Positions 38,255-51,004 of a DNA stretch of 64,000 nucleotides are shown one piece after another (position 1 is the first letter of the stretch; each line of letters opens with the position of its first letter). The stretch is from NCBI GenBank assembly GCA_964016885.1, contig OZ024765.1, positions 7,936,001-8,000,000 on the forward strand. The letters run 5' to 3'. The notes beneath the pieces are model-generated. The model was not told the origin of the DNA. It saw nothing but the letters and a program-made list of their open reading frames with translations, and did no database searches. The translations under genes were made by a program, and so were the position numbers. This DNA is from Eledone cirrhosa. Its lineage: Eukaryota.

Positions 38255-38392
38255 TGTTATCAGTTTTAGACTATCTTTATATCTATCTGGGAGGTCAGTA
38301 GAAACTCGTAGGAACACCCGGCCAAACTTTCTTAGCAGGGAAAATGACTGTCAAATGATGATAGAATATAAGTTTATATATATATATATAAG

Positions 38393-38455
38393 ATTCTGAT
38401 GAGCGATTTCAGATGTCTCTTGAGCTCGCCTGTCTTCGTGAAACCTTTGGTAAAT
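38393..38455 (+). ncRNA. Type I hammerhead ribozyme candidate
   Basis: ATT-CTGATGA-GCGA...TCGT-GAAACC-ttt-GGTA-AAT: intact core, helix III ACC/GGT, GUA triplet, short helix I. Confidence 0.6.
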
Positions 38456-38481
38456 GGAATAATCTTGTGCTGTTTATTACA

Positions 38482-38516
<35 letters not shown>

Positions 38517-38659
38517 GTATATGTTTTTGTATTATGTATATAAATATAAGTTTGTACACACACCTGTGTGTATGTATATATATGTATGTATGTATATATG
38601 TGTGTGTATATATATGTGTGTATATATATATAGTTTGTTTTATATAATATCTGTGTGTG

Positions 38660-38694
<35 letters not shown>

Positions 38695-38757
38695 TGTTAT
38701 ATATATATATCTAAAACAAAGTTTTTCAGGAATTTGGTTGTATTTTCTCCTACTGTA

Positions 38758-38814
<57 letters not shown>

Positions 38815-39359
38815 GTTTATTTTATATATGTATCAGAAAGAGAGAGCTAGTGAAATTTAAAAAATGTGATAAGAAGACCTCACACAAAGTACAAATTAGT
38901 TGACAGGGTCCAGTAATTTTGTGAAAATCTTCGAGGAAAAAATAAACTTTCTTTGCTGAAAAATCTAAAAATCTCTTTTGTTTTTCTTTTCTGTTTTACT
39001 TTGAGCTTGTTATCCAGTAGAGTGACAAGCTGGATGTGTATTGACACATTTATGTAGTGAGAGAGAGTTAGAGAGAGAGAGAGTGAATCACCAAGTCACA
39101 CTGTGTGTGTCATGTCATCTTATGGTGGTGGTGAGAAGGTGGTCTTATGGTGGTGGTGAGGAGGTGGTGTTGTGGTGGTCTCCTGGTGGTGGGTGAGACT
39201 TTCAGACAGGTGCTCAGCTCCATCAGAGATTTATCTGAAACAAACAATAACAGAATAATTAGCTTACATGTCAGGCAGTCTATGTGTGTGTGTATATATG
39301 TGTGTGTGTAAATATATATGTATGTATATATATATATATATATACATGTGTACACGTGT

Positions 39360-40570
39360 ATGGAGGGGGAATATCAGGTGTAGTGTTGGTGAATCTCAGG
39401 AAGCATGGACGTTTTAAAGGATGCAGTGTCTCGACAGCTAACAACTGATGCAGGTTGTTTGTTCCATGGAGGTTTTAAAGGAGGCAGTGTCTCGACAGCT
39501 AACAACTGATGCAGGTTGTTTGTTCCATGGAGGTTTTAAAGGAGGCAGTGTCTCGACAGCTAACAACTGATGCAGGTAGTTTGTTCCATGGAGGTTTTAA
39601 AGGATGCAGTGTCTCAACAGCTAACAACTGATGCAGGTTGTTTGTTCCATGGAGGTTTTAAAGGAGGCAGTGTCTCGACAGCTAACAACTGATGCAGGTA
39701 GTTTGTTCCATGGAGGTTTTAAAGGATGAAGTGTCTCGACAGTTAACAACTGATGCAGGTTGTTTGTTCCATGGAGGTTTTAAAGGAGGCAGTGTCTCGA
39801 CAGCTAACAACTGATGCAGGTAGTTTGTTCCATGGAGGTTTTAAAGGATGCAGTGTCTCAACAGCTAACAACTGATGCAGGTTGTTTGTTCCATGGAGGT
39901 TTTAAAGGATGCAGTGTCTCGACAGCTAACAACTGATGCAGGTAGTTTGTTCCATGGAGGTTTTAAAGAATGCAGTGTCTCGACAGCTAACAACTGATGC
40001 AGGTAGTTTGTTCCATGGAGGTTTTAAAGGATGCAGTGTCTCGACAGCTAACAACTGATGCAGGTAGTTTGTTCCATGGAGGTTTTAAAGGATGCAGTGT
40101 CTCGACAGCTAACAACTGATGCAGGTAGTTTGTTCCATGGAGGTTTTAAAGGATGCAGTGTCTCGACAGCTAACAACTGATGCAGGTTGTTTGTTCCATG
40201 GAGGTTTTAAAGGATGCAGTGTCTCAACAGCTAACAACTGATGCAGGTTGTTTGTTCCATGGAGGTTTTAAAGGAGGCAGTGTCTCGACAGCTAACAACT
40301 GATGCAGGTAGTTTGTTCCATGGAGGTTTTAAAGGATGCAGTATCTTGACAGCTAACAACTGATGCAGGTAGTTTGTGCCATGCTTCAGCAACTCTGAGC
40401 GTGAAAAAATGTTTCCGAAAGTCATGGGAGCTGTGCTGTTTTCTGACTTTGTAGGCATGTCCACGTATGTTAGACACATGGAATTCAAAAAGGTGATCAG
40501 GGTTGTTGTTGGCAAGATGGTTAATAATTTTGTGGGTGTTTACCAAGTCAGTTGCCAGACGTCAGAGCTT
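39360..40570 (-). mobile_element. CR1-type LINE 3' end with internal 61-bp tandem amplification (~16 copies, 39407-40382)
   Basis: RGHAYKVRKQHS...RKHFFTLRVAEAWHKLPASVVSC..TASFK is the CR1 C-terminal signature. An unamplified copy lies at 55805-56150. Confidence 0.85.
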
Positions 40571-40867
40571 CAATGTATCCATACCCAGGGAAGCAAGGCA
40601 TTTAGAGATGGTAGAAATATAGGAGCCTTCACATATATAACATGCTATCCCCTATACATTTCAACAGGGAGTATTATAAAGAGCAGAAGGGAGAGAAAAC
40701 AAGACAATAGCCTACTTCATACCACCACAATATATATAAGACCCACCCCCACCCCTGGGGGAGGGGATGACTTTTGTACCCATTTTCTCTTTGCGGTGTG
40801 ATGGGGGCCTAAAAAAGACTTTCTTGAGGATTTCATACGAATGAAATAGTTCTAGCCCTGTAGAAGC

Positions 40868-40908
40868 TATATATACATACATACATATATACACACACAC
40901 ATACAAAC

Positions 40909-40939
<31 letters not shown>

Positions 40940-41476
40940 AACATATATACACATACATATACAAACATATATATATATATATACACACACACAAACATAT
41001 ATACACATACATATATATACACATACATACATATATACACATACATACAAACATATATATATATACACATACAAACATATATACACATACCTATATACAC
41101 AAACATATATATATATATATACACATACATACAAACATATATATATACACACACATACAAACATATATATATACACACACATACAAACATATATATATAC
41201 ACACACATACAAACATATATATATATACACATACATACAAACATATATATATACACACACATACAAACATATATATACACATATATACACATACATACAA
41301 ACATATACACACACCACACACACACACACACACAGACATACATACATACAAACATATACACACAAACACACATACGCAAGCGCACATATATACACACAAA
41401 CACACCCCCACACACACAGACGCATATATACACACACACGTGTATATATATATATATATATATACACAAATACGTG

Positions 41477-41510
<34 letters not shown>

Positions 41511-41525
41511 TATATACACAAATAC

Positions 41526-41576
<51 letters not shown>

Positions 41577-41597
41577 AATACGTGTATATATATATAT
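40868..41597. repeat. (CA)/(TA) compound microsatellite
   Basis: Directly visible. Confidence 0.93.
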
Positions 41598-41965
41598 AAA
41601 TGAGAGTGGAGGCAGTAGAACCAGTTAGTACATTACTCACCCGAATACTCAATACTTGGGGGAGTGGAGTGAATATGAAAAATTCAGGACCCCAACGGCT
41701 GAGCTCCTGCCATTTCAACAACTTGTTCGGATCTATCAGTTAAAAAGGCAGGAGCTCAGCCGTCGAGGTCCCAAATCCTTCATATACATATATACGCACA
41801 CTCATATATACAAACATATATATACATACATACATACATACACACACATATATACATTTATATATATATGATGATGATGATGATGATACATACATATATT
41901 TACACATTTACATATATATATATACATATACATACATACACATGTATACAAACATATATACATAC

Positions 41966-42740
41966 ATGGTGGCTGCCAACTCGTTTTCGAGTACGGCCAC
42001 TACTTTATATCCATGTAGGAGAACCCCTACCGATGCGCTGAACGAGTGTGACTTTTGAGTCCAGCCAGCGACTTGAAAACTCTGGTACAAACACTACACT
42101 TGTGACAATTATTGACACATAGTGCTGGGCCCATGGTACCATGTGAGGACAAGTGCAGAGAGATCTCCAGATATAAAACAATGCCTGTGCCGTGAAGCTT
42201 TTATAGTGAGCAAAGGCACTGCACAAAGCCAGTCCCACTCTCTTAACCAAGATGATATTTACCAAAAAGAAGAACAAGTCAACATCATTGGATACCATCA
42301 GGGTTGCAGGTGTTATATCAGAGTTTTCCTTCTCCTAGAATTCTGCCTTGACAAATCTCTCCCGGTGATTTTGGATGGCCTGGATTGGCAGTATCGGTAG
42401 AGGGTCGGATGCCATGCTTTCCAGCATAGTTACGTCCCTTTACGATCTGAGTTCAAATCCTGCCGAGGTTGACTTTGCCTTTCATCCTTACGGGGTCGAT
42501 AAAATAAAGTACCAGTAATGCACTGGGTAATTGCTGGCCTTGTGCCTAAAGTAGAAACAATTAACTCTTAAGAGTTCCTTTGCCTTTTGACAGGTTTTGT
42601 TTTTAGTCCTGCAGGATGTGCAAAGTCACCCTCCTCACCAAGAAACCTTGGTGGGGTTGCCAGTTTAGTCGCCAACGACCCGACCATGAGACAGGTTGTA
42701 CTGGGATACATGTTACTAGTAGCACCAACTGGTGACCTGA
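41966..42740 (-). mobile_element. Non-autonomous RTE-derived element, longer copy, interrupted by a SINE
   Basis: Matches 20161-20605 on both sides of the SINE at 42381-42563. Confidence 0.6.
42381..42563 (+). mobile_element. Meta-domain-like tRNA-derived SINE, full length
   Basis: A-box TGGCAGTATCGG, B-box GAGTTCAAATCC, core GCCTTTCATCCTTACGGGGTCGATAAAATAAAGTACCAG. Confidence 0.87.
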
Positions 42741-42772
42741 CATATACATACATACATACACTTATATACATT

Positions 42773-42815
<43 letters not shown>

Positions 42816-43012
42816 AAAGGAGAAATTTGTAGTTTACTTGAAATTTTATATGCAGACAAATACACAAATATATATATTTATCATCATCATCATTTTACGT
42901 CTGCTTTTCCCTGCTTGCATATGTGTGTCTATATAAATACATGTGTGTGTTTATATATATACATGCGTGTGTATATATAAATATATATATAGATATATAT
43001 ATATATATACAG

Positions 43013-43066
<54 letters not shown>

Positions 43067-43071
43067 GTGTC

Positions 43072-43123
<52 letters not shown>

Positions 43124-43789
43124 CATGTGTCTGTGTATATATATAAATACATGTGTCTGTGTGTGTGTGTGTATATATATAAATACATGTCTGTGTGTGT
43201 GTATATGTATATATATACATGTGTGTGTGTGTGTGTGTGTGCATATTTAGCCCTCAGCCATAACAAAGAGGGAGGCGTGTTATATTATGAAACCCTCTGT
43301 TCTTTGTGCGTGTGTGTATATAAATATATATATATACGATATATATATATATATAACCCTGTCACAGTTCTTTGTGTGAAGTCTAAATGTATGAAATCTT
43401 GGTCATACATTGTCTCTTTACACTTGTTAACTAAACAAGTCATTATATAATATATTTACTATATATATATATATATATATACATATATACAGTAATAATA
43501 ATAAATTTAAAGACTAAAATCCAAAGAGGGCTCGATAAGGATAAATATATATCAAATATATAAGAACCCTAGAGCAAATATTTATTAAAATAACAGATTA
43601 AAGTTTAAGCAAAGAATCGCTGCTTTCACCCTTAACGGGATCTTAGTAAATACAATTATATATACATACATATATACATACATATATACATACATATATA
43701 TATATAAAAAGAGTCGGGACCCCGACGGCTGAGCTCCGGCCGTTTCGACAGCTAGATCCGAAGTTTGTTTTATATATATATATACACAT

Positions 43790-43847
<58 letters not shown>

Positions 43848-44269
43848 ATGTGGTGGTGCCCTAGCTTAGTCGCTTCTAATGTTATACATATATATATATA
43901 TATATATATTTACAAATAAAATTATATATATTGTTTTTTCTTCAAAAGAAAACATATTAAAAAGAGAAATTGAGGTTTACTTACCATAATATATATATTA
44001 TATGTGGTTGTGCCCCAGCATGGCCTCAGATTGTCCGCCAGAACACGTAATTGTGTAATATATATTATATATAATTGTACTAATGTAATATTATGTATAT
44101 ATGTAAATATATATATATGTATGTATGTATATGTTTCAATATAAACACATTTCGTGTTTATCATATATTTTAAATGTATTTAACTGCTCGGAAGAGCCCC
44201 TTTTCCTGGAGCTGAATTATTGTAAACGACTGAGAGTTTATTCTCAAAATATAATATAATATATGTAAA

Positions 44270-44317
<48 letters not shown>

Positions 44318-44344
44318 TATATATGTATGTATATATATATGTAA

Positions 44345-44376
<32 letters not shown>

Positions 44377-44581
44377 ATATGTAAATATATATATATATGT
44401 ATGTAAATATATATGTAAATATATATATATATGTATGTATATATGTAAATATATATATATATGTATGTATATATGTAAATATATATATATATGTATGTAT
44501 ATATGTAAATATATATATATGTGTATGTATGTATGTATGTATATATGTATGTATGTATGTGTGTATATAAATGAATGTATA

Positions 44582-44646
<65 letters not shown>

Positions 44647-45051
44647 ATGTATGGTGTATGTATGTATAAATATATATACAATAAGATGTGGATGAAAGGT
44701 GCGTTAATTAAAATATACAATTAACAATCTTTGGTCTTGTTTTCAATGTTATATATATATTTTAAATATATATATATCGATATGTATGTATATATATCGA
44801 TATATATGTATGTGAATATATATATATATATAAATGATATATATTTGTACTAGTCGAATATATAATATATATATATATGTTAGGTGAGTTAGGTGGGTGA
44901 GTATCTCGTTAAGTCGTTTATGGAGAAAACTGAGAAATTAACGGGTTTAAGAAACAGGCGAGAGAACTAAAGTCCGCCATCTCTTGTTTACAGTGTGGAA
45001 GTAGAGTATGGGGGAGAATACAGTAATAGATGGGGGGGAGGGGGGCACTGA

Positions 45052-45500
45052 TAGAGTGATAGAAGCGAGAGAGGGGTACACTAGCTGTGGTGAAAGAGTG
45101 ATAGAAGCGAGAGAGGGGTACAGTAGGTGTGGTGAAAGCGTGATAGAAGCGAGAGAGGGGTACAGTAGTTGTGGTGAAAGAGTGATAGAAGCGAGAGAGG
45201 AGTACAGTAGTTGTGGTGAAAGAGTGATAGAAGCGAGAGAGGGGTACAGTAGGTGTGGTGAAAGCGTGATAGAAGCGAGAGAGGGGTACAGTAGTTGTGG
45301 TGAAAGAGTGATAGAAGCGAGAGAGGAGTACAGTAGTTGTGGTGAAAGAGTGATAGAAGCGAGAGAGGGGTACAGTAGTTGTGGTGAAAGAGTGATAGAA
45401 GCGAGAGAGGGTTAGGGTAGCTGTGGTGAAAGAGTGATAGAAGCGAGAGAGGGGTACAGTAGCTGTGGTGAAAGAGTGATAGAGGTGAGGGAGGGGTACC
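45052..45500. repeat. 42-bp minisatellite, ~10 copies, decaying into related repeats to ~46120
   Basis: GTGGTGAAAGAGTGATAGAAGCGAGAGAGGGGTACAGTAGTT repeated. Confidence 0.92.
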
Positions 45501-46277
45501 AAGGACACTTGCTGTGGAGATAGAGAGGTAGATACTGTTATAGCGAGGGGTGAAGAAAGAGGAGACGGTGAAAGAGTAATAGAAGCTAGAGAGAAGCAGA
45601 GAGAAGGTGAAAGAGTAGAAACTTGAGAGGGACATCTGCCTTGGACAGAGTGAGAGAGAGAGAACGAGAGAGAGAGAGAGATAGTGAGGGTTGATCAAGA
45701 GGAGAAGCTGGTGAAATAGTAACACAAGCGAGGGAGGAGGAGAAGACACTTGTCACTGAGAGAGAGAGAGACAGTGTTATAAGAAGAGGTGGAGAAAGGG
45801 GAGTAACTGGTGAAAGAGTAGAACGCAAGAGGGGGCACCTGCCGTGGAGACAGAGTGACAGTGTTATAGAGAGGGGTGGAGAAGTTGGTGAAAGAGTGAG
45901 AGAGAGGGGCAGAGGGAGGACACTTGCTATGGATAGGGAGAGAGAGAGACATATAGTATTATAGTGAAGGGTGAAGGAAGGGGAGAAGCTAGTAGAAAGA
46001 GTAAGACAAGCGAGGGAGGAGGTACTTGTCGTGGAGAAAGAGACAAACAGTGTTATAGAGAGGGGTGGAGGAAGGGGAGGTGAAAGAGTCAGACACGTAA
46101 GAGGGGTAGGGGTAGTTGTGGCTGACAATGACACAGAAGGTGGGGAGGGGGAAGGTAAAATACGGAAGTTAGTGAAAAGAACGGAAAGGGCGTGTGAGGA
46201 GCAGTGAGAGGAAACAGACGTAGAGTTTGTGTGGGAGTGGGAGGGACACCAACAGGTGTGAATGAGTGGGGGAGAAG

Positions 46278-46279
<2 letters not shown>

Positions 46280-46341
<62 letters not shown>

Positions 46342-46483
46342 TAGATAGAGAGTGAGAAAGAGAGAGATAGATAGAGAGTGAGAAAGAGAGAGATAGATAG
46401 AGAGTGAGAAAGAGATAGATAGATAGAGGGAGAGAGAGGGAGAGAGAGAGAGAGGGAGAGAGAGAGAAAGAGAGAGATAGAGA

Positions 46484-46536
<53 letters not shown>

Positions 46537-46650
46537 AGAGAGAGAGATAGTTAGAGAGAGAGATAGTTAGAGAGAGAGAGAGAGATAGTTAGAGAGAGAG
46601 AAAGAGATATATAGAGAGAGAGATTTATATATAGAGGGAGATAGAGAGAT

Positions 46651-46685
<35 letters not shown>

Positions 46686-46772
46686 TAGTTAGAGAGAGAG
46701 ATAGTTAGAGAGAGAGAAAGAGATATATATAGAGAGAGAGATTTATATATAGAGGGAGATAGAGAGAGAGAT
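46280..46772. repeat. (GA)n/(GATA)n microsatellite
   Basis: Directly visible. Confidence 0.95.
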
Positions 46773-47177
46773 AAGATGTTGAACCCATAATGGTGGTAAC
46801 TTCTGGTGTTTTGGGGTCCCTAGACTCCCCCCTCCCACACTACTCACTGATATTGGGGGAGGGGGAGGGTGTTCTATATGAGCAAGACATGGTCACCTGA
46901 CCTGACATCGCCCACAACAGGACAATGTTGTCTAACCCATGCTAGCGTGGAGAAATTGACGTAAAACAGTGATGAAGATGATGGTGGTGGTGATGATGTT
47001 GATGGCGATGATGGTGGTGATGATGATGATGATGATGGTGGCGGTGATGGTGGTGATGATGGTGGTGATGATGACGATGACGATGATGATGATGACGATG
47101 ATGAAGAGGAGGAATTCCCCCCCCCCCTCACCTCCATAAAAACTTGAAGTGCCTTGGGACCCCACCAAGGTCTAACC

Positions 47178-48473
47178 CAGCCAGGGGCAACCTGTGGCCC
47201 GCAAAGCTCTCTCAATGGCTCTCCTAAGTCACCTAAGTGAAATCTTTCTGATATTTTTACCCCAACTTTTCAGTCGTAATTTATCTTTCTATCATTTTTA
47301 CGATCGAGGAAAACAACATGTAGGAATTCTGAGGAAACAAATCAAAGCAACCTGAGTTACCACCTTTTTTGTTGATGTGGGCACAAGAGTAAATTAGAGC
47401 TTGCGACCCACCTGATGATGAGCTGTATCTCATGTGGCCCACCTGATGATGAGCCATATCTCATGTGGCCCACCTGATGAGCTGTATCTCATGTGGCCCA
47501 CCTGATGATGAGCTGTATCTCATGTGGCCCACCTGATGATGAGCTGTATCTCATGTGGCCCACCTGATGAGCTGTATCTCATGTGGCCCACCTGATGATG
47601 AACTGTATCTCATGTGGCCCACCTGATGATGAGCTGTATCTCATGTGGCCCACCTGATGATGAGCTGTATCTCATGTGGCCCACCTGATGATGAGCTGTA
47701 TCTCATGTGGCCCACCTGATGAGCTGTATCTAATGTGGCCCACCTGATGATGAACTGTATCTCATGTGGCCCACCTGATGATGAGCTGTATCTCATGTGG
47801 CCCACCTGATGATGAGCTGTATCTCATGTGGCCCACCTGATGATGAGCTGTATCTCATGTGGCCCACCTGATGATGAGCTGTATCTCATGCGGCCCACCT
47901 GATGATGAGCTGTATCTCATGTGGCCCACCTGATGATGAGCTGTATCTCATGTGGCCCACCTGATGAGCTGTATCTCATGTGGCCCACCTGATAATGAGC
48001 TGTATCTAATGTGGCCCACCTGATGATGAGCTGTATCTCATGTGGCCCACCTGATAATGAGCTGTATCTCATGTGGCCCACCTGATGAGCTGTATCTCAT
48101 GTGGCCCACCTGATAATGAGCTGTATCTCATGTGGCCCACCTGATGATGAGCTGTATCTCATGTGGCCCACCTGATGATGAACTATATCTCATGTGGCCC
48201 ACCTGATGATGAGCTGTATCTCATGTGGCCCACCTGATGAGCTGTATCTCATGTGGCCCACCTGATGATGAGCTGTATCTCATGTGGCCCACCTGATGAT
48301 GAGCTGTATCTCATGTGGCCCACCTGATGATGAGCTGTATCTCATGTGGCCCACCTGATGATGAACTGTATCTCATGTGGCCCACCTGATGATGAACTAT
48401 ATCTCATGTGGCCCACCTGATGATGAGCTGTATCTCATGTGGCCCGCTCCTCAAAAAAGGTTGCCCATGCCTG
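47178..48473. mobile_element. hAT-Charlie-like non-autonomous transposon with internal 28/31-bp minisatellite (47407-48445)
   Basis: TIRs CAGCCAGGGGCAACC and GGTTGCCCATGCCTG (13/15). The 8-bp flanks GTCTAACC and GTCTAAAT resemble a Charlie-type TSD. TGTGGCCC subterminal motifs. Confidence 0.8.
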
Positions 48474-48867
48474 GTCTAAATACAAACCTTCACTTAGGGT
48501 TGGGCATATCACGCTGAAAGCAAGGAGGGGTAAAAGGGTCAATGTATCCTATGAACCCTGACTACAGTCTCGTCAGTCAAACCTCCACCCCACCTCGTCT
48601 CTTATCTGCCACTGTTAACTGGGGGGGGGGGTTATAGAAGAAAGGAAGACAAAAAAAAAAACGAAAAAGCTGCCTGAAGAAGATTTAAATGTAGGACATA
48701 AAAATGTGTTTACCAAAATATCATTTCTCTATGTCTGTCAGTCTGCCTGTCTATCTCTCTGTCAGTCTGTCTGTCTGTCTGTCAGTCTGCCTGTCTATCT
48801 CTCTGTCAGTCTGTCTGTCTGTCTGTCAGTTTGTCTCTCTGTCTGTCTGTCAGTCTGCCTGTCTATC

Positions 48868-48985
48868 TCTGAGTTCAAAACCCTGCCGAGGTTGACTTTG
48901 CCTTTCATCCTTACGGGGTCGATAAAACAAAGTACCAGTAATGCACTGGGTAATTGCTGGCCTTGTGCCTAAAGTAGAAACAATT
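48868..48985 (+). mobile_element. Meta-domain-like SINE, 5'-truncated
   Basis: B-box, core and tail. Confidence 0.8.
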
Positions 48986-49126
48986 ATATATATATATATA
49001 TATATATATATCCAAAATTAAGATAAATTAAATTAAATTAAATTAAGGGTGTCATGCTGGATAGACAAGCGCCATATCACCTGTAAAATATGCTCCAAGA
49101 TTCCAATGAATAGATCCGAGCATTTT

Positions 49127-49473
49127 ATCATCATCATCATCATCATCATTTTACGTCCGCTTTTCCCTGCTTGCAAGGGTGGGAAGGGAACTGATTCTGG
49201 CTTGATTTCTACAGCTGGATGCCCTTCCTAACACCAACCTCATTTACAGTGAGTGCTGGGTGCTTTTTTTTCTGTGGCACCTCCACGACCACTTTGCAGT
49301 GGAATGATAGGGACCCCAGTCCCTATCATCTCATTTCTACAGCTGAGTAAACTGGAGCAATGTGAAATAAAGTATCTTGCTCAAGGAAACAACACATCAC
49401 CCAGTCTGAGAATTGAACTCACAACCTTTCTATTGCAAGGCCAATGCTCTAACCACCAAGCCATGTGCCTCCA
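49127..49473 (-). mobile_element. CORE-type SINE, full length, inside a palindrome arm
   Basis: Matches 15079-15416. Confidence 0.85.
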
Positions 49474-49475
49474 CC

Positions 49476-50100
49476 AACTAGAAATTGATTGACACATAAA
49501 TAAACATGTTTATTTATGTGTCAATCAATTTCTAGTTGATATAAAATGCTCGGATCTATTCATTGGAATCTTGGAGCATATTTTACAGGTGATATGGCGC
49601 TTGTCTATCCAGCATGACACCCTTAATTTAATTTAATTTAATTTATCTTAATTTTGGATATATATATATAAATATGGCCCCTTAATTGTAGAGCTAACTC
49701 AGTTGAAAGGACTTGACTGCTGTTTCTAGTTGTCGATAACCCTATTCACGCCACCGGGACGAAGCTGGTATAATGTGTGTATTTTTAGTAAATACAGCAC
49801 GTGTTACTGGCCAGTCGCTGATTTGAATTTGATGCGTAAACACAGATGGCTGGTCTTCTTCCTTGTTGAAAATCTAGGATCTGGCTTCTGTCGTTTACCA
49901 ATCGATTAATTGGTGAATTATATTTCTTTAATGGAATATATACAGGGAAGATTAATCATTTTATAAGGTATCTATTTTTGAAGTTCTAGTTAACTTTATT
50001 CAGTTACCTACCTAGCTGTGTGTGCTTACACACTTTTACAAATTATCCCCTGTGATTGTTTCATATGTTTATTTATGTGTTAATCAATTTCTAGATGATA
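49476..50100. repeat. Unclassified interspersed repeat (permuted, fold-back copy; also at 62738-63395)
   Basis: 49700-50100 aligns by eye with 62926-63300, and 49535-49660 with 63293-63395. Confidence 0.75.
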
Positions 50101-50101
50101 T

Positions 50102-50761
50102 ATATATATATAGTACTTTAACACACACTAGTATATATATATATCAGTGTGTGTTAAAGTACTATATATATATATAGTACTTTAACACACACTGGTATAT
50201 ATATATATTATATATATATGGAGGCACATGGCTAAGTGGTTAGAGCATTGGCCTTGCAATCGAAAGGTTGTGAGTTCAATTCTCAGACCGGGTGATGTAT
50301 TGTTTCCTTGAGCAAGACACTTTATTTCACATTGCTCCAGTTTACTCAGCTGTAGAAATGAGATGATAGGGACTGGTGTCCCTATCATTCCACTGCAAAG
50401 TGGTCGTGGAGGTGCCACGACAAAAAAGCACCCAGCACTCACTGTAAATGAGGTTGGTGTTAGGAAGGGCATCCAGCTGTAGAAATCAAGCCAGAATCAG
50501 TTCCCATCCCACCCTTGCAAGCAGGGAAAAGTGGAAATGAAATGATGATGAAATGATACTAGTGTCTGTGTTAAAGTACTATATATATATATATATAGTA
50601 CTTTAACACACACTGGTATATATATATATACTAGTGTCTGTGTTAAAGTACTATATATATAGTACTTTATATATATATACCAGTGTGTGTTAAAGTACTA
50701 TATATATATATATAGTACTTTAACACACACTGGTATATATATATATACTAGTGTCTGTGTT

Positions 50762-50801
<40 letters not shown>

Positions 50802-51004
50802 AACACACACTGGTATATATATATATATATACTAGTGTCTGTGTTAACGTACTATATATATATATATAGTACTTTAACACACACTGGTGTATATATATAT
50901 ATATATACTAGTGTGTGTGTTAAAGTACACTATATATATATATATAGTACTTTAACACACACACTAGTATATATATATATACTAGTGTGTGTGTTAAAGT
51001 ACTA
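50102..51004. repeat. Array of alternating inverted ~22-bp units separated by (TA)n
   Basis: TAGTACTTTAACACACACTGG-(TA)n-CTAGTGTCTGTGTTAAAGTACTA repeated ~7 times; split by the SINE at 50219-50555. Confidence 0.88.
50219..50555 (+). mobile_element. CORE-type SINE, full length
   Basis: Family consensus on the plus strand. Confidence 0.85.

Noticed and set aside
47407-48445. 31-bp array as a CRISPR array or tandem hammerheads (contains CTGATGA)
   Set aside because: No unique spacers, no cas genes and no GAAA half of the ribozyme core; it is a minisatellite inside a hAT element.
50219-50295. tRNA gene at SINE heads
   Set aside because: A and B boxes are present but the acceptor stem is not convincing, and each copy continues into a SINE body.
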